Assembly (NCBI GenBank): GCA_964426075.1
Contig: CAYROP010000003.1
Location: forward strand, 1 to 41,075
From: an uncultured Gammaproteobacteria bacterium
Lineage (GTDB): Bacteria; Patescibacteriota; Microgenomatia; CAYQLK01
Direction: 5' to 3'
DNA length: 41,075 nucleotides
Shown: positions 13,450-22,978 of the stretch, in pieces
Layout: the number at the start of each line of letters is the position of its first letter
How positions within the stretch are numbered: position 1 is the stretch's first letter
Program-made: the position numbers and the translations under genes
The notes under the pieces: generated by a model
Told to the model about the DNA's origin: nothing
Database searches by the model: none
What the model saw: the letters and a program-made list of their open reading frames with translations, nothing else

Positions 13450-14616
13450 TTGAGCTTATTAGTTGAGAAAACCTCTTTGGATATGGTCACAAATAATGTT
13501 ACGGTTGCTGCAATTGCTGGTGGATCTGCGTCAGGCAAAACTAGTGAGGTTGCAGATAAATTGGTTAAAGTTTTTAACGACAGGTCGGCGCTACTATCGA
13601 TGGATGACTATAGTTTGGGTAGTGAGTATGTTAGACAGTTAGTCGAGGCAGGAGTTGATATTAATTATGACATGCCAAGTTATATTGATATTGATTTGTT
13701 AGCTAGACACATTGCAATGCTAAAAAGAGGTATTGCGGTTTGGGCGCCAGTATTTGATTTTAAGACTGGAGAGAGTTCTTCGAAGAAGAGATTGGTAGAA
13801 CCAAAACCGTTAATTGTGGTTGAAGGATTGTTTGCATTAGACCAGAGAATTGCTGCTCAAGCAGACTCTCGGGTTTTTGTGGATATAAGCATGCATGGTA
13901 GGGCCCTAAGAAGATTGTTTAGAGATGTAACAAGAACCAGCATGGTGCCAAATGATATTTTGAAGTATTTTGCTGAAGTAGTTGATCCAATGCATGAAAA
14001 ATATGTTCAGACTACTCGCAGACAGGCAGATTTGGTCATAGAAAATGAATACGACCCAAGTCTTGAGTCTGGAAATGCTGGGAAAAAAGAGACACAAATT
14101 AAGTTTCAAACAACTGTGTCTGAGGCAGATTTGTTGGGAATGGGTGCGAAATTAATTGGAAGATATAAACAAGAAGATAGTTATTATGAACCGGTGGATA
14201 AGAACTTGCGAGAACGGGGTGAGAGTTTAAGGATTAGACGAGAAAACGGTCGAACATTTTTCACATATAAAGGTCCCAAGGTAGAAGGTGAAGTAAGAAA
14301 AAGGGATAGATTTGACGCTGAAATAGATAAAGCAACGGCAGAAGTTTTTGCACGAAGATACGGGAAATGTGTAATGGATTTGGTTAAAGATCGAATGGTT
14401 TATAAGATTGGTAATATCAGTGTTGCAATTGATTCAGGGATATTAAGAATGTCAGAAGATGGAAGTGAATCCTTACCCGATCATGTTGAAGTTTGTTTCG
14501 ATGGTGATGACATCAAGGATAGTGATAGGATGGTTTTAGAGGAGTTAGGATTCAATATGAATGAAGCGGTTTTGGAATCGTATCAAGATTTATTAACTGG
14601 AAGTGTTGAGTTATGA
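13450..14616 (+). CDS. uridine kinase/PRK-like P-loop kinase fused to a C-terminal CYTH domain
   Basis: P-loop IAGGSASGKTS. The C-terminal half has ETQIKF and SLRIRRENG, which are CYTH-like strands. TTG start. Confidence 0.7.
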   Translation: MSLLVEKTSLDMVTNNVTVAAIAGGSASGKTSEVADKLVKVFNDRSALLSMDDYSLGSEYVRQLVEAGVDINYDMPSYIDIDLLARHIAMLKRGIAVWAPVFDFKTGESSSKKRLVEPKPLIVVEGLFALDQRIAAQADSRVFVDISMHGRALRRLFRDVTRTSMVPNDILKYFAEVVDPMHEKYVQTTRRQADLVIENEYDPSLESGNAGKKETQIKFQTTVSEADLLGMGAKLIGRYKQEDSYYEPVDKNLRERGESLRIRRENGRTFFTYKGPKVEGEVRKRDRFDAEIDKATAEVFARRYGKCVMDLVKDRMVYKIGNISVAIDSGILRMSEDGSESLPDHVEVCFDGDDIKDSDRMVLEELGFNMNEAVLESYQDLLTGSVEL

Positions 14617-15164
14617 AGAGAAAGACTATTGGCGTCAAGATTCATCACATAAATATTAGGCAGAGTATTTCAATAATTTTACTCAAATTAGTTCTGCTTG
14701 AGGTTTTGTTTGCGTCTGGGTTTTTGTTTGTGTATTTTAGTTTTGGTAATGAGTTGGTTGTGAGAAGTGTGATGGGTTTAGTTGAGAGTTTGTTTGGTTG
14801 GATCTTTTTGTTTTTGGTTTTTGTCAAAATTTATATGACGATTTATATAATCCTCGATTGGTTGAATATGTATTACGAGGTGAATGGGGAGTATATCTAC
14901 CTTAGAAAAGGAGTAATTTGGACAACTGAGCAGAAATTTGCGATTGCAAATTTTGGCGATGTGACATTGGAGCAGAATTTGATGGGAAGGATTTTTAACT
15001 TTGGCAATATTAGGATTTTTGATACAGAGTTAAAAAGAGATTTTTTGCTCTATTTAATACACAATCCAAACAAATATTACGAAATTTTAAGTTCGATTTC
15101 TCCATCGGGAGATAAAGAAAAAAAAGTAATTCGTCAGCATTTTAGCTCCGATATTGATCTTTAG
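14613..15164 (+). CDS. membrane protein with bPH_2 (YdbT/DUF304-like) domain
   Basis: TM helices are followed by YYEVNGEYIYLRKGVIW. ATGA overlap with the upstream gene. Confidence 0.65.
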   Translation: MKRKTIGVKIHHINIRQSISIILLKLVLLEVLFASGFLFVYFSFGNELVVRSVMGLVESLFGWIFLFLVFVKIYMTIYIILDWLNMYYEVNGEYIYLRKGVIWTTEQKFAIANFGDVTLEQNLMGRIFNFGNIRIFDTELKRDFLLYLIHNPNKYYEILSSISPSGDKEKKVIRQHFSSDIDL

Positions 15165-15168
15165 AATA

Positions 15169-15197
15169 TTGACACCTAATTGGCACTGTAGTATATT
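15169..15197 (+). promoter_or_regulatory. sigma70-type promoter TTGACA-N17-TATATT of the hsp20 gene
   Basis: -35 at 15169-15174, -10 at 15192-15197. Confidence 0.65.
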
Positions 15198-15206
15198 GAG
15201 TGCTAA
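15180..15206. promoter_or_regulatory. CIRCE-like HrcA operator
   Basis: TTGGCACTG-N9-GAGTGCTAA against the consensus TTAGCACTC-N9-GAGTGCTAA (7/9 and 9/9). It overlaps the -10. Confidence 0.65.
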
Positions 15207-15237
15207 ATAGATAATTAATGCAAAGGAGGTGAAAGAT

Positions 15238-15663
15238 ATGGCGATTGTTAAGTGGAATCCATGGAATTTGTCATCGATGTTGGATGATGATTGGGATATG
15301 CAGACTTTACCAACAAGAGTTGGTCAGGGGTTGAATGTGTATGAAACAGAAGATTCGATTGTTGCAGAAGCGGCAATGCCTGGTATTAGTGAAAAAGACA
15401 TTGAGGTAAGTGTTGATGATGGAGTCGTGCATGTAACCGGGTCGTCCTCTTTGACAAAAGAGAACAAAGATGGGAGAAGATATTTCATGTCCAGTATGGC
15501 TTCGACATTTAATTACTCTTTCAGACTTCCTGAAGGGGTAGCTAGTGATAAAGAGCCAAAAGCAGAAGTTGAACATGGAGTTCTTTATCTGACTTTTCCA
15601 AAAGCAGCAAAAACTGAGCCTAAAAAAATCAAAGTTGGGGTTCGTGGGGAAAAGAAGGCTTAA
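15238..15663 (+). CDS. Hsp20/alpha-crystallin small heat-shock protein
   Basis: Alpha-crystallin domain pattern. The AGGAGGTG SD sits about 7 nt before ATG 15238, and the track start GTG 15229 lies inside that SD. Confidence 0.85.
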   Translation: MAIVKWNPWNLSSMLDDDWDMQTLPTRVGQGLNVYETEDSIVAEAAMPGISEKDIEVSVDDGVVHVTGSSSLTKENKDGRRYFMSSMASTFNYSFRLPEGVASDKEPKAEVEHGVLYLTFPKAAKTEPKKIKVGVRGEKKA

Positions 15664-15695
15664 GGAAATATTAAGTTTGGTTAACTAAAATAAAG

Positions 15696-15735
15696 CCGAT
15701 ACAGTTTTTAATAAGCTGTGTCGGTTTTGTTGTTT
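15696..15735 (+). terminator. intrinsic terminator after hsp20
   Basis: Stem CCGATACAG ... CTGTGTCGG, then TTTTGTTGTTT. Confidence 0.6.
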
Positions 15736-15800
15736 GGTAGCCAAAATTATCACAGCTATCGGGTTGAAATCTTATAAATAGTGAGTTTATATGGAGGTAT

Positions 15801-16607
15801 ATGGAAAATAAAACGCCAACGGATCAGCTAGTTAATTTAAAAGGTAAGACCGCCATTGTTACTGGTGGTGCGGTTGGGATAGGTTTGGGAATTGTTACCC
15901 GACTGGCCGAAGCAGGAGCATCGGTAATGGTCGCTGATTTGAATAAAGAAAATGCCGATAAAGAAGCAAGTGAGCTAACTCAAAAGGGTTTTAAGGTTAA
16001 AGCTTTGGCGTGTGATGTTTCAGCAGAGCAGGCTGTAGAAAATTTAGTTACACAAACCGTGAATGAGTTTGGATCTATAGATATTTTGGTAAACAATGCT
16101 GGCATCTATCCAAATATTCCGTTGTCAAAAATGAATACCGAGGATTTTATGCGGGTTATTGATGTTAATCTTAAGAGTGTTTATCTGACTACTAAACATG
16201 TTTCGGAACAAATGATCAAACAAGCAAATGGTGGAAAAATAATTAATGTGACATCGATTGATGCGATTCATCCATCAATGATTGGTTTGGCTCATTATGA
16301 TGCCTCTAAGCATGGTGTTTGGGGTTTTACAAAAAATTCGGCACTAGAGCTTGCTCAGCACAAGATTTGGGTAAACGCAATTGCTCCGGGAGGAATTGCT
16401 ACCCCAGGTGTTCAGGCTGGTTCAGGCGGCTCGGTTCCACCAGAAGAAATGGCTAAGATGATCGAAGCTTTTATGGCAAATATTCCTATGCGCCGAATGG
16501 GTGATCCGGACGAGATTGGGAAAGTTGCGTTATTTTTGGCCTCAGATATGTCTTCATATATGACTGGTTCGCAGATCGTAGTAGATGGTGGGGCTTTACT
16601 TAGCTAA
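15801..16607 (+). CDS. short-chain dehydrogenase/reductase (FabG-like)
   Basis: TGGAVGIGLGI, NNAG, and YDASK as the YxxxK motif. Confidence 0.85.
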   Translation: MENKTPTDQLVNLKGKTAIVTGGAVGIGLGIVTRLAEAGASVMVADLNKENADKEASELTQKGFKVKALACDVSAEQAVENLVTQTVNEFGSIDILVNNAGIYPNIPLSKMNTEDFMRVIDVNLKSVYLTTKHVSEQMIKQANGGKIINVTSIDAIHPSMIGLAHYDASKHGVWGFTKNSALELAQHKIWVNAIAPGGIATPGVQAGSGGSVPPEEMAKMIEAFMANIPMRRMGDPDEIGKVALFLASDMSSYMTGSQIVVDGGALLS

Positions 16608-16656
16608 GAGAAAAATACCAAAGTAAAATTCAGACTTTTCTGTTATAAATATCGCC

Positions 16657-17736
16657 ATGAATTTAAGTGTGGGTTTGGTTGGGTTTCCTAATGTTGGTAA
16701 ATCGACATTGTTTAATGCGCTTTTAGGGCGGGTAGTTGCTGATGCAAGTAATTATCCATTTTGTACTATTGAGCCGAATGTTGGAATTGTTGAGGTTGAC
16801 GATAAGAGATTGGAAGTTTTGAAAAAAATTACAGAGGAGACAGAAGGATTGGATGGTGGTTTTAAACTGATTCCGGCTGTTGTGGAGTTTGTTGATATTG
16901 CTGGTCTTGTGCAGGGGGCGTCGACTGGTGAAGGGTTGGGAAATAAGTTTTTGTCACATATCCGTGAAGTTGATGCGATCGCTTTGGTTCTAAGGGATTT
17001 TGCTGATAGTAATGTGATTAGATCTGGTTCAACAACGCCAAAAGATGATAAAGAAATATTATTAGCAGAGCTTGCTATTAAAGATTTGGAAACTGTAACA
17101 GATGCAATATCTAGACTGGTAGCAAAAGCAAAATCACCAGCGTTTACTAAAGAAGAGAGGGAAAAATTGACGATCTTGGAAAATGTCCAAGTAAATCTTA
17201 ATCAGGGTAAATCAGCAGTACTCGGTTTAGGGGATGAAGAAAAGTTGACGATTAAAGAGTTTAATTTGTTAACTGCTAAACCAGTAATTGAGGTAATTAA
17301 CTGTGACGAAGCGGAACTGAGTAAACCATTGGAAGCAAATCAGATCAGATTGTGTGCCAAAACTGAGTTTGAATTAACTGAGCTTAGTGAAGAAGAAAGA
17401 GAGATGTTTAGGCAGGATTGGGCTAATTTGGATGGGGTTGGTCTGGATGCTCTGATTACGAAAGCTTATGAAGTTTTAGGATATATTTCATTTTTTACTG
17501 CTGGGCCAAAAGAGGTTAGGGCTTGGACAATACCTAATGGTGCTACTGCACCTCAGGCTGCAGGAGTAATTCATACTGACTTTGAGAAGAAATTTATAAG
17601 AGCTGATGTGGTTAGTTATGATAGTTTTGTGGAATGTCATGGTTATCTGGGATGTAAAGAAAAAGGGAAGTCAAGAATGGAAGGGCGTGACTATGTAGTT
17701 AGTGATGGGGATTTGATGATTTTTCATCATAGTTGA
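16657..17736 (+). CDS. ychF: ribosome-binding ATPase YchF
   Basis: G1 motif GLVGFPNVGKSTLFNAL and C-terminal IHTDFEKKFIRADV. Confidence 0.9.
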   Translation: MNLSVGLVGFPNVGKSTLFNALLGRVVADASNYPFCTIEPNVGIVEVDDKRLEVLKKITEETEGLDGGFKLIPAVVEFVDIAGLVQGASTGEGLGNKFLSHIREVDAIALVLRDFADSNVIRSGSTTPKDDKEILLAELAIKDLETVTDAISRLVAKAKSPAFTKEEREKLTILENVQVNLNQGKSAVLGLGDEEKLTIKEFNLLTAKPVIEVINCDEAELSKPLEANQIRLCAKTEFELTELSEEEREMFRQDWANLDGVGLDALITKAYEVLGYISFFTAGPKEVRAWTIPNGATAPQAAGVIHTDFEKKFIRADVVSYDSFVECHGYLGCKEKGKSRMEGRDYVVSDGDLMIFHHS

Positions 17737-17798
17737 ACTGCTATACTTTTCTTGATATGATGTGCGCCGCTTACATACAAATCTAATTTTTAAGATAA

Positions 17799-18128
17799 AT
17801 GTTATTTAATTACGAACTTACATTGATGACTGCTGGCAGTTTGGCTGAGGCAGAATCTAAAAAGATTATTGAAAAAGTAAAAAAACTTCTTCCGAAAGAA
17901 GTAAATATTGTTAAAGAGGATGATTGGGGTATTCGTGATTTGGCCTATCACATTGATAAAAATGCCAAGGCTAGAATGGTTCAAATTCATTTTGTGTCTG
18001 AATCAGCGCCGATTAAAGATTTAAACAAATCTCTAAATATTGAGGAAGGTTTGATGAGATATTTACTGCTTAAGCACAATCCTGTTAAAGAGGGCAAGGT
18101 TGAACCATTAGCAAAAAAGAAAAAGTAA
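17799..18128 (+). CDS. rpsF: 30S ribosomal protein S6
   Basis: YELTLM and WGIRDLAYHI motifs. It sits in the rpsF-ssb-rpsR context. Confidence 0.85.
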   Translation: MLFNYELTLMTAGSLAEAESKKIIEKVKKLLPKEVNIVKEDDWGIRDLAYHIDKNAKARMVQIHFVSESAPIKDLNKSLNIEEGLMRYLLLKHNPVKEGKVEPLAKKKK

Positions 18129-18189
18129 TTTTAAAAAAACCCTAAAAAGTGATAAAGTACAACAGATTATAAGAAACTAAACAAAAAAT

Positions 18190-18762
18190 ATGGCAGCACG
18201 CGGTTCGCTCAACAAAGTAATGTTAATTGGAAATCTAACTCGTGATCCTGAACTTAGATATACACCTCAGGGTAACGCGGTTTGTAGTTTTTCTGTGGCA
18301 ACTAACCGAAGTTGGCAACCATCCGAGGGTGGAGAGCGCCGTGAAGAGACTGAATTCCACCGTGTTGTCGCTTGGAACAAGCTAGGTGAGTTGTGTTCTC
18401 AGCTTTTGACAAAGGGGCGCAAGGTTTATGTAGAAGGTAGGTTGCAGACTCGTAATTGGCAGACTGCTGATGGACAAAATCGTCAGACAACAGAAGTTGT
18501 GATTACGGATATGAATTTGTTGGATTCTCGAAAGAATTATGAGTCAGGTGGTTCAGGTGCTGGTGAAGTTGAAGAATTTGTGGCAGAAGGTACTGGTGGA
18601 GTTATGGATGATTACAGTCAGTTAGAGGATGTAACTGTTGAAGAGCTTGATGAAACACCTGTCGAAATGGTTGATGAGGGTGGAGATGTTTCAGAGAAGC
18701 CGGCTAAAACAAAAAAAACTAAGCAGGATGTAGTCGAGTCAGATGATGATTTGCCTTTTTAA
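18190..18762 (+). CDS. ssb: single-stranded DNA-binding protein
   Basis: OB-fold N-terminus and an acidic tail ending DDDLPF. Confidence 0.92.
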   Translation: MAARGSLNKVMLIGNLTRDPELRYTPQGNAVCSFSVATNRSWQPSEGGERREETEFHRVVAWNKLGELCSQLLTKGRKVYVEGRLQTRNWQTADGQNRQTTEVVITDMNLLDSRKNYESGGSGAGEVEEFVAEGTGGVMDDYSQLEDVTVEELDETPVEMVDEGGDVSEKPAKTKKTKQDVVESDDDLPF

Positions 18763-18777
18763 GTAAAAGAATAAAAA

Positions 18778-18999
18778 ATGAGACCAAAACCAGAATTTAG
18801 AAAACCATCAAAATCTCCGATTACCGACGATAAGGAAATCGTTTGGAGTAATGTTGATCTTCTGAAAAAATTTGTTTCTGACCGGGGTAAGATTTTTCCT
18901 GCTGCTAGAAGTGGACTTACCGCTAAACAGCAGAGGCTTTTGACTCGTGCTGTAAAGAATGCCCGTTTTATGGCAATGATGTCGTACACAGAAAAGTAG
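18778..18999 (+). CDS. rpsR: 30S ribosomal protein S18
   Basis: VDLLKKFVSDRGKIFPAARSGLTAKQQRLLTRAVKNAR. Confidence 0.9.
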   Translation: MRPKPEFRKPSKSPITDDKEIVWSNVDLLKKFVSDRGKIFPAARSGLTAKQQRLLTRAVKNARFMAMMSYTEK

Positions 19000-19109
19000 A
19001 TTTTTTGAACTTCGCCTTGGCAATATTGCCAGTAATGTTAGGTGATTATTAAGTTTTGACGGTTAAAATTTCTTTACAGTTAATGTAGTATAGTAGGAGT
19101 TCGTTTATT

Positions 19110-20378
19110 GTGAAAACAATGTCTGAAAAGATAAAAAAACTGCCACCAAAGAAGATTTTATTACCTAAGCCAAGAAGTTTTGGGTTACTGAAATATATAT
19201 TTTTTATTGCGGTTGTATCGTTACTTTCGTTCGTTGCAGGATATAAAGCATCCGGTAAAGAAATACAGACAAAACTTTCTCCAGCTATTAGTTCAAGTGA
19301 AATTGCAAATAAATCTAACTCAAGTGGGTTGGATTTTGCGAGATTTTGGGAAGTTTGGGACACCTTAAACAAAACTTACTACGATAAGACTAAAATTGAT
19401 TCAAATAAAATGCTTGAAGGGGCGATTTCTGGTATGGTTCGCTCGCTTGGTGATCCGTACACTTCCTATTTGCCAAAAGAGGACAATCAGGCAATAAATG
19501 AGGATTTGGATGGTAGTTTTGAGGGTGTTGGTATGGAATTGGGTTATTCTGAGGATCAGCAATTGATTGTGGTTTCGCCGATTGAAAATTCTCCCGCGAT
19601 TAGGGCAGGGGTTAAATCAAAAGATAGAATACTAGCTATTGATGGAGCTGATACTTCTGGGATTACTTTGCCTGAGGCGGTTAAAAAAATAAGAGGTAAG
19701 TCAGGCACAAAAGTTAGTCTTAAATTACTAAGTGATGGAGAGATTGTTGCAAAAGATGTTGATTTGGTTAGAGCAACAATTAATATTCCTTCTTTGGTTC
19801 TTAGTTTTAGGGATGGATATGGAATTATCAAGATTAATAAGTTTGGAGAAAAGACTAATAGTGAGTGGGATAAGGCGGTCGGACAGGTTTTGGCCCAAAA
19901 ATCAAAAGGGTTAATTGTCGATGTTAGAAATAATCCAGGTGGATATCTAAATAGTGCAGTTTATTTGGGTTCAGAGTTTACTGATGGAACAGTAGTCATA
20001 CAAGAGGGTATTAATGGTGTTAAGAAAAACTATGACGCGGATAGAAAAGGCAAACTAATTGGCGTGCCGGTTGTGGTTCTTATTAATGAGGGTTCGGCCT
20101 CAGCGTCAGAGATATTAGCTGGAGCTGTCAAGGTACAGGCTAAGGGTAGTTTGGTGGGTAAAAAATCTTTTGGTAAAGGAACAATTCAAGAAGTACAGGA
20201 TTTTGATAATGGTGCTGGACTTCATGTAACGATTGCAAAATGGCTTTTGCCTAATGGTGAATGGATAAACGGTAAGGGTATTACGCCTGATTATGAAGTT
20301 GAGATGACTGCTGAGGATATAAAGGCTGAAAAAGATCCACAATTGGATAAGGCATTGGAAGTTATAAAATCTAAATAA
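19110..20378 (+). CDS. carboxy-terminal processing protease (S41 family, PDZ)
   Basis: VVLINEGSASASEILAGAV and GKKSFGKGT motifs, N-terminal TM helix, GTG start. Confidence 0.85.
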   Translation: MKTMSEKIKKLPPKKILLPKPRSFGLLKYIFFIAVVSLLSFVAGYKASGKEIQTKLSPAISSSEIANKSNSSGLDFARFWEVWDTLNKTYYDKTKIDSNKMLEGAISGMVRSLGDPYTSYLPKEDNQAINEDLDGSFEGVGMELGYSEDQQLIVVSPIENSPAIRAGVKSKDRILAIDGADTSGITLPEAVKKIRGKSGTKVSLKLLSDGEIVAKDVDLVRATINIPSLVLSFRDGYGIIKINKFGEKTNSEWDKAVGQVLAQKSKGLIVDVRNNPGGYLNSAVYLGSEFTDGTVVIQEGINGVKKNYDADRKGKLIGVPVVVLINEGSASASEILAGAVKVQAKGSLVGKKSFGKGTIQEVQDFDNGAGLHVTIAKWLLPNGEWINGKGITPDYEVEMTAEDIKAEKDPQLDKALEVIKSK

Positions 20379-20381
20379 CTT

Positions 20382-21575
20382 ATGGAAGAAAATACTTCTA
20401 ATAATTACACAAAAAAAAGAGCAAACGTCTTGTCTTTTATTAAAAACCCAAGTGCGGTGTTAATAATCGTGGCAGTTGTAGTTGTTGGTCTGGTTATCTA
20501 TTTGCAAAATTCAGGTCGGGTGGATTTTAGATCCTTAGAAAAAAAACAACAAAGCGTATCGGACTCAAGTTCGAAAGAAAAAATAAAAGTTTTGCCTGAA
20601 GAATCATTAGTTATTGATGTGGTTAAACAGACAAGTCCGTCGATTGTTTCAATTGTTGTACAACGATCGGGGGTACCCAATCTTTTTTCACCATTTAGTG
20701 GAGGCCAACCACAAGAGTCGGGCATTGGAACTGGATTTGCAGTTGATAAGAATTTGATTTTGACGAATAAGCATGTAGTGGCGGCTGGTGGAAAATTTAC
20801 GGCTGTAGCTAAAGATAAAGATGGAGAAGAAAAAGAGTATAAGGTAACAGAAATAAACATGGATCCCTTTAATGATTTGGCAATATTAAAAATTGAAGAG
20901 GATAATTTGGTTCCTTTGACTCTAGGAGATTCTGATGGTTTGCAGGTTGGTCAATTAGTTATAGCAGTTGGAAATGCGCTAGGGCAATTTGATAACACAG
21001 TAACGACTGGGGTGGTGTCTGGACTTGGTCGAGGTATAACAGCCTCTGATCCTTTTGAGTCAATAGCTGAACGGCTAGATAATCTTATTCAAACTGATGC
21101 TGCGATTAATCCTGGTAATTCTGGAGGTCCATTACTTAACTCAAGTGGTCAAGTAATAGGAATTAATACTGCGGTTGCTGGTGCCCAGAATATTGGTTTC
21201 GCGATTCCAATCAAAGTCGCTGTTGAACTGTTAGACGGATTTAAGCGAGATGGTGGAAAAATTGTAAGACCATTCTTGGGCGTTTCGTACACGGTAATAA
21301 CAAGAGAAGTTGCAATTCTTAATGAACTCCCAGAGGGAATATATGTTGAGTCGGTAACAATTGATAGTGCCGCCGATAAGGCTGGTTTGGTTGAGGGTGA
21401 CATTATTACTTCAATAGACGGACAAAAACTTGACGATAAAAATCAGTTATCAGAGATCGTTAGAAAGAAAAAAGTTGGAGATACGGTTACAGTTAGTTTG
21501 TATCGTGATGGCGAGAAGTCAGAAATGCAGATAAAACTTGAAGCTGCTCCAGAAGAGATTACTCGATCGAACTAA
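20382..21575 (+). CDS. htrA: HtrA/DegP-family serine protease with PDZ domain
   Basis: Catalytic triad contexts TNKHVV, DLAILKI and GNSGGPLLN. N-terminal TM helix. Confidence 0.85.
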   Translation: MEENTSNNYTKKRANVLSFIKNPSAVLIIVAVVVVGLVIYLQNSGRVDFRSLEKKQQSVSDSSSKEKIKVLPEESLVIDVVKQTSPSIVSIVVQRSGVPNLFSPFSGGQPQESGIGTGFAVDKNLILTNKHVVAAGGKFTAVAKDKDGEEKEYKVTEINMDPFNDLAILKIEEDNLVPLTLGDSDGLQVGQLVIAVGNALGQFDNTVTTGVVSGLGRGITASDPFESIAERLDNLIQTDAAINPGNSGGPLLNSSGQVIGINTAVAGAQNIGFAIPIKVAVELLDGFKRDGGKIVRPFLGVSYTVITREVAILNELPEGIYVESVTIDSAADKAGLVEGDIITSIDGQKLDDKNQLSEIVRKKKVGDTVTVSLYRDGEKSEMQIKLEAAPEEITRSN

Positions 21576-22921
21576 ATATTTTTTAGCTCTTTTCTGGTAA
21601 TTTTTAGTAGTATTAGTTCGATTTTTTCCAGAGTTTTTTCAGCTCTTAGTCCTAAAATTCCACAAATAATTATGGCTGTGCCAACAGCAAATAAAACAGT
21701 TTGAACGCCAAAAATGTCAGAGAGAGTTCCGGCTAGGAATACTGGTAGGGCAGCAACAATTCCCATTACCATGATTTGGGTGGAGAATACTCTACCTCTC
21801 AAGTTGTTTGGTGTGAGTTCTTGAAGTAGTGTTTGTGTTGGAATGATTACAAATGACCCACCAAATCCAAGGATAATTGAGAAGAAAGAGATGAAGTATG
21901 AAAGTTTTACCGCATTAAGAAAAGAAACTGGTTTAGAAAAATTAATATCATGACCGATTATAAATCCGGCAATCATGGGAGCTAAAACTATGCCAGTAAT
22001 ACCTAAACCACTAATAAAAAACCCTGCCGAGATCAAGCTTCTTCTTGGAAGAATTGAGCCAAATTTGCCTATAGAAAGGGCTCCTGTGGCCATACCTAGT
22101 CCAAGTGGTAGGAGAAGAACAATACTGGCACCTTCTGCTCGTATTTTTAAGACTTGTTCCATTAGTCCTGGCCCAACAGTAACAACAAGATTTGCTAGGG
22201 CGTTAGCGATTGCCATTGTTAGGATCGTTGCCCAGACGTAACGATTGCTGGTAATAAATTTAAGCCCTTCAATAATATGTTTATTAGTAAGTTTGATTAA
22301 CCCATGTAGGTTGGCAGTTTTTTCTCTAGTTGTTTCGTTGGGTAGTGGTGGTAAAAATCGACGTAGTACAAAACTAACCAGCAAACTTGTTGAACCGAAA
22401 ATAAATATTACATTATTCCCGAACCTGTCTATTACTGGTCCAGCTATAGCATAGCCTCCGATCATGGCTCCAAAAAGAGTCATTTGGAATAGGGAATTCG
22501 CGGCAAGTAGATCTTTTTTGTTCACTAGCATTGGGATTGTGGCTGATTCAGTTGGTTGGAAAAATTGAAGAATTGAGTTAAGTAGTAATGTTAACAAAAT
22601 TATTTGAATGGGAAGATTGATAAAAAGATATCCAAACATACAGAGACCTACACCAATATCTGTAATTAGTAGGATTTTGCGCCTGTCGAATTTATCGGCG
22701 ACAACACCGGCAAACATTGCTAGGAGTGTTGAGGGGATTAGGTTGGTAAGTAAGAAAAGCGCTGAGATGGTGTTGGAATTAGTTAGTCTGAAGAGTGTGA
22801 CAAGTAGGGTAAATGAAAGCATGTTGTAGGAAATTTGCAGGAGAATTTGGTTTGACCAAATAACGAGAAATGGGCGATTTTTGAGCACATTTACTAATGA
22901 ATTATCGGTGCGACTTTGCAT
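21572..22921 (-). CDS. MFS transporter
   Basis: 449 aa with about 12 TM helices. Confidence 0.75.
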   Translation of the reverse strand: MQSRTDNSLVNVLKNRPFLVIWSNQILLQISYNMLSFTLLVTLFRLTNSNTISALFLLTNLIPSTLLAMFAGVVADKFDRRKILLITDIGVGLCMFGYLFINLPIQIILLTLLLNSILQFFQPTESATIPMLVNKKDLLAANSLFQMTLFGAMIGGYAIAGPVIDRFGNNVIFIFGSTSLLVSFVLRRFLPPLPNETTREKTANLHGLIKLTNKHIIEGLKFITSNRYVWATILTMAIANALANLVVTVGPGLMEQVLKIRAEGASIVLLLPLGLGMATGALSIGKFGSILPRRSLISAGFFISGLGITGIVLAPMIAGFIIGHDINFSKPVSFLNAVKLSYFISFFSIILGFGGSFVIIPTQTLLQELTPNNLRGRVFSTQIMVMGIVAALPVFLAGTLSDIFGVQTVLFAVGTAIIICGILGLRAEKTLEKIELILLKITRKELKNI

Positions 22922-22978
22922 ATCAGTGTTGATTATCCGCTGATATGCCTCTTTGGTGCAATAGAGGAAGGGGAATGG

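Noticed and set aside
15187-15197. A cassette-box-like TGTAGTATATT in the hsp20 promoter, as a further copy of the island box.
   Set aside because: It is fully explained as the CIRCE N9 spacer plus the -10 hexamer. It lacks the CC prefix.
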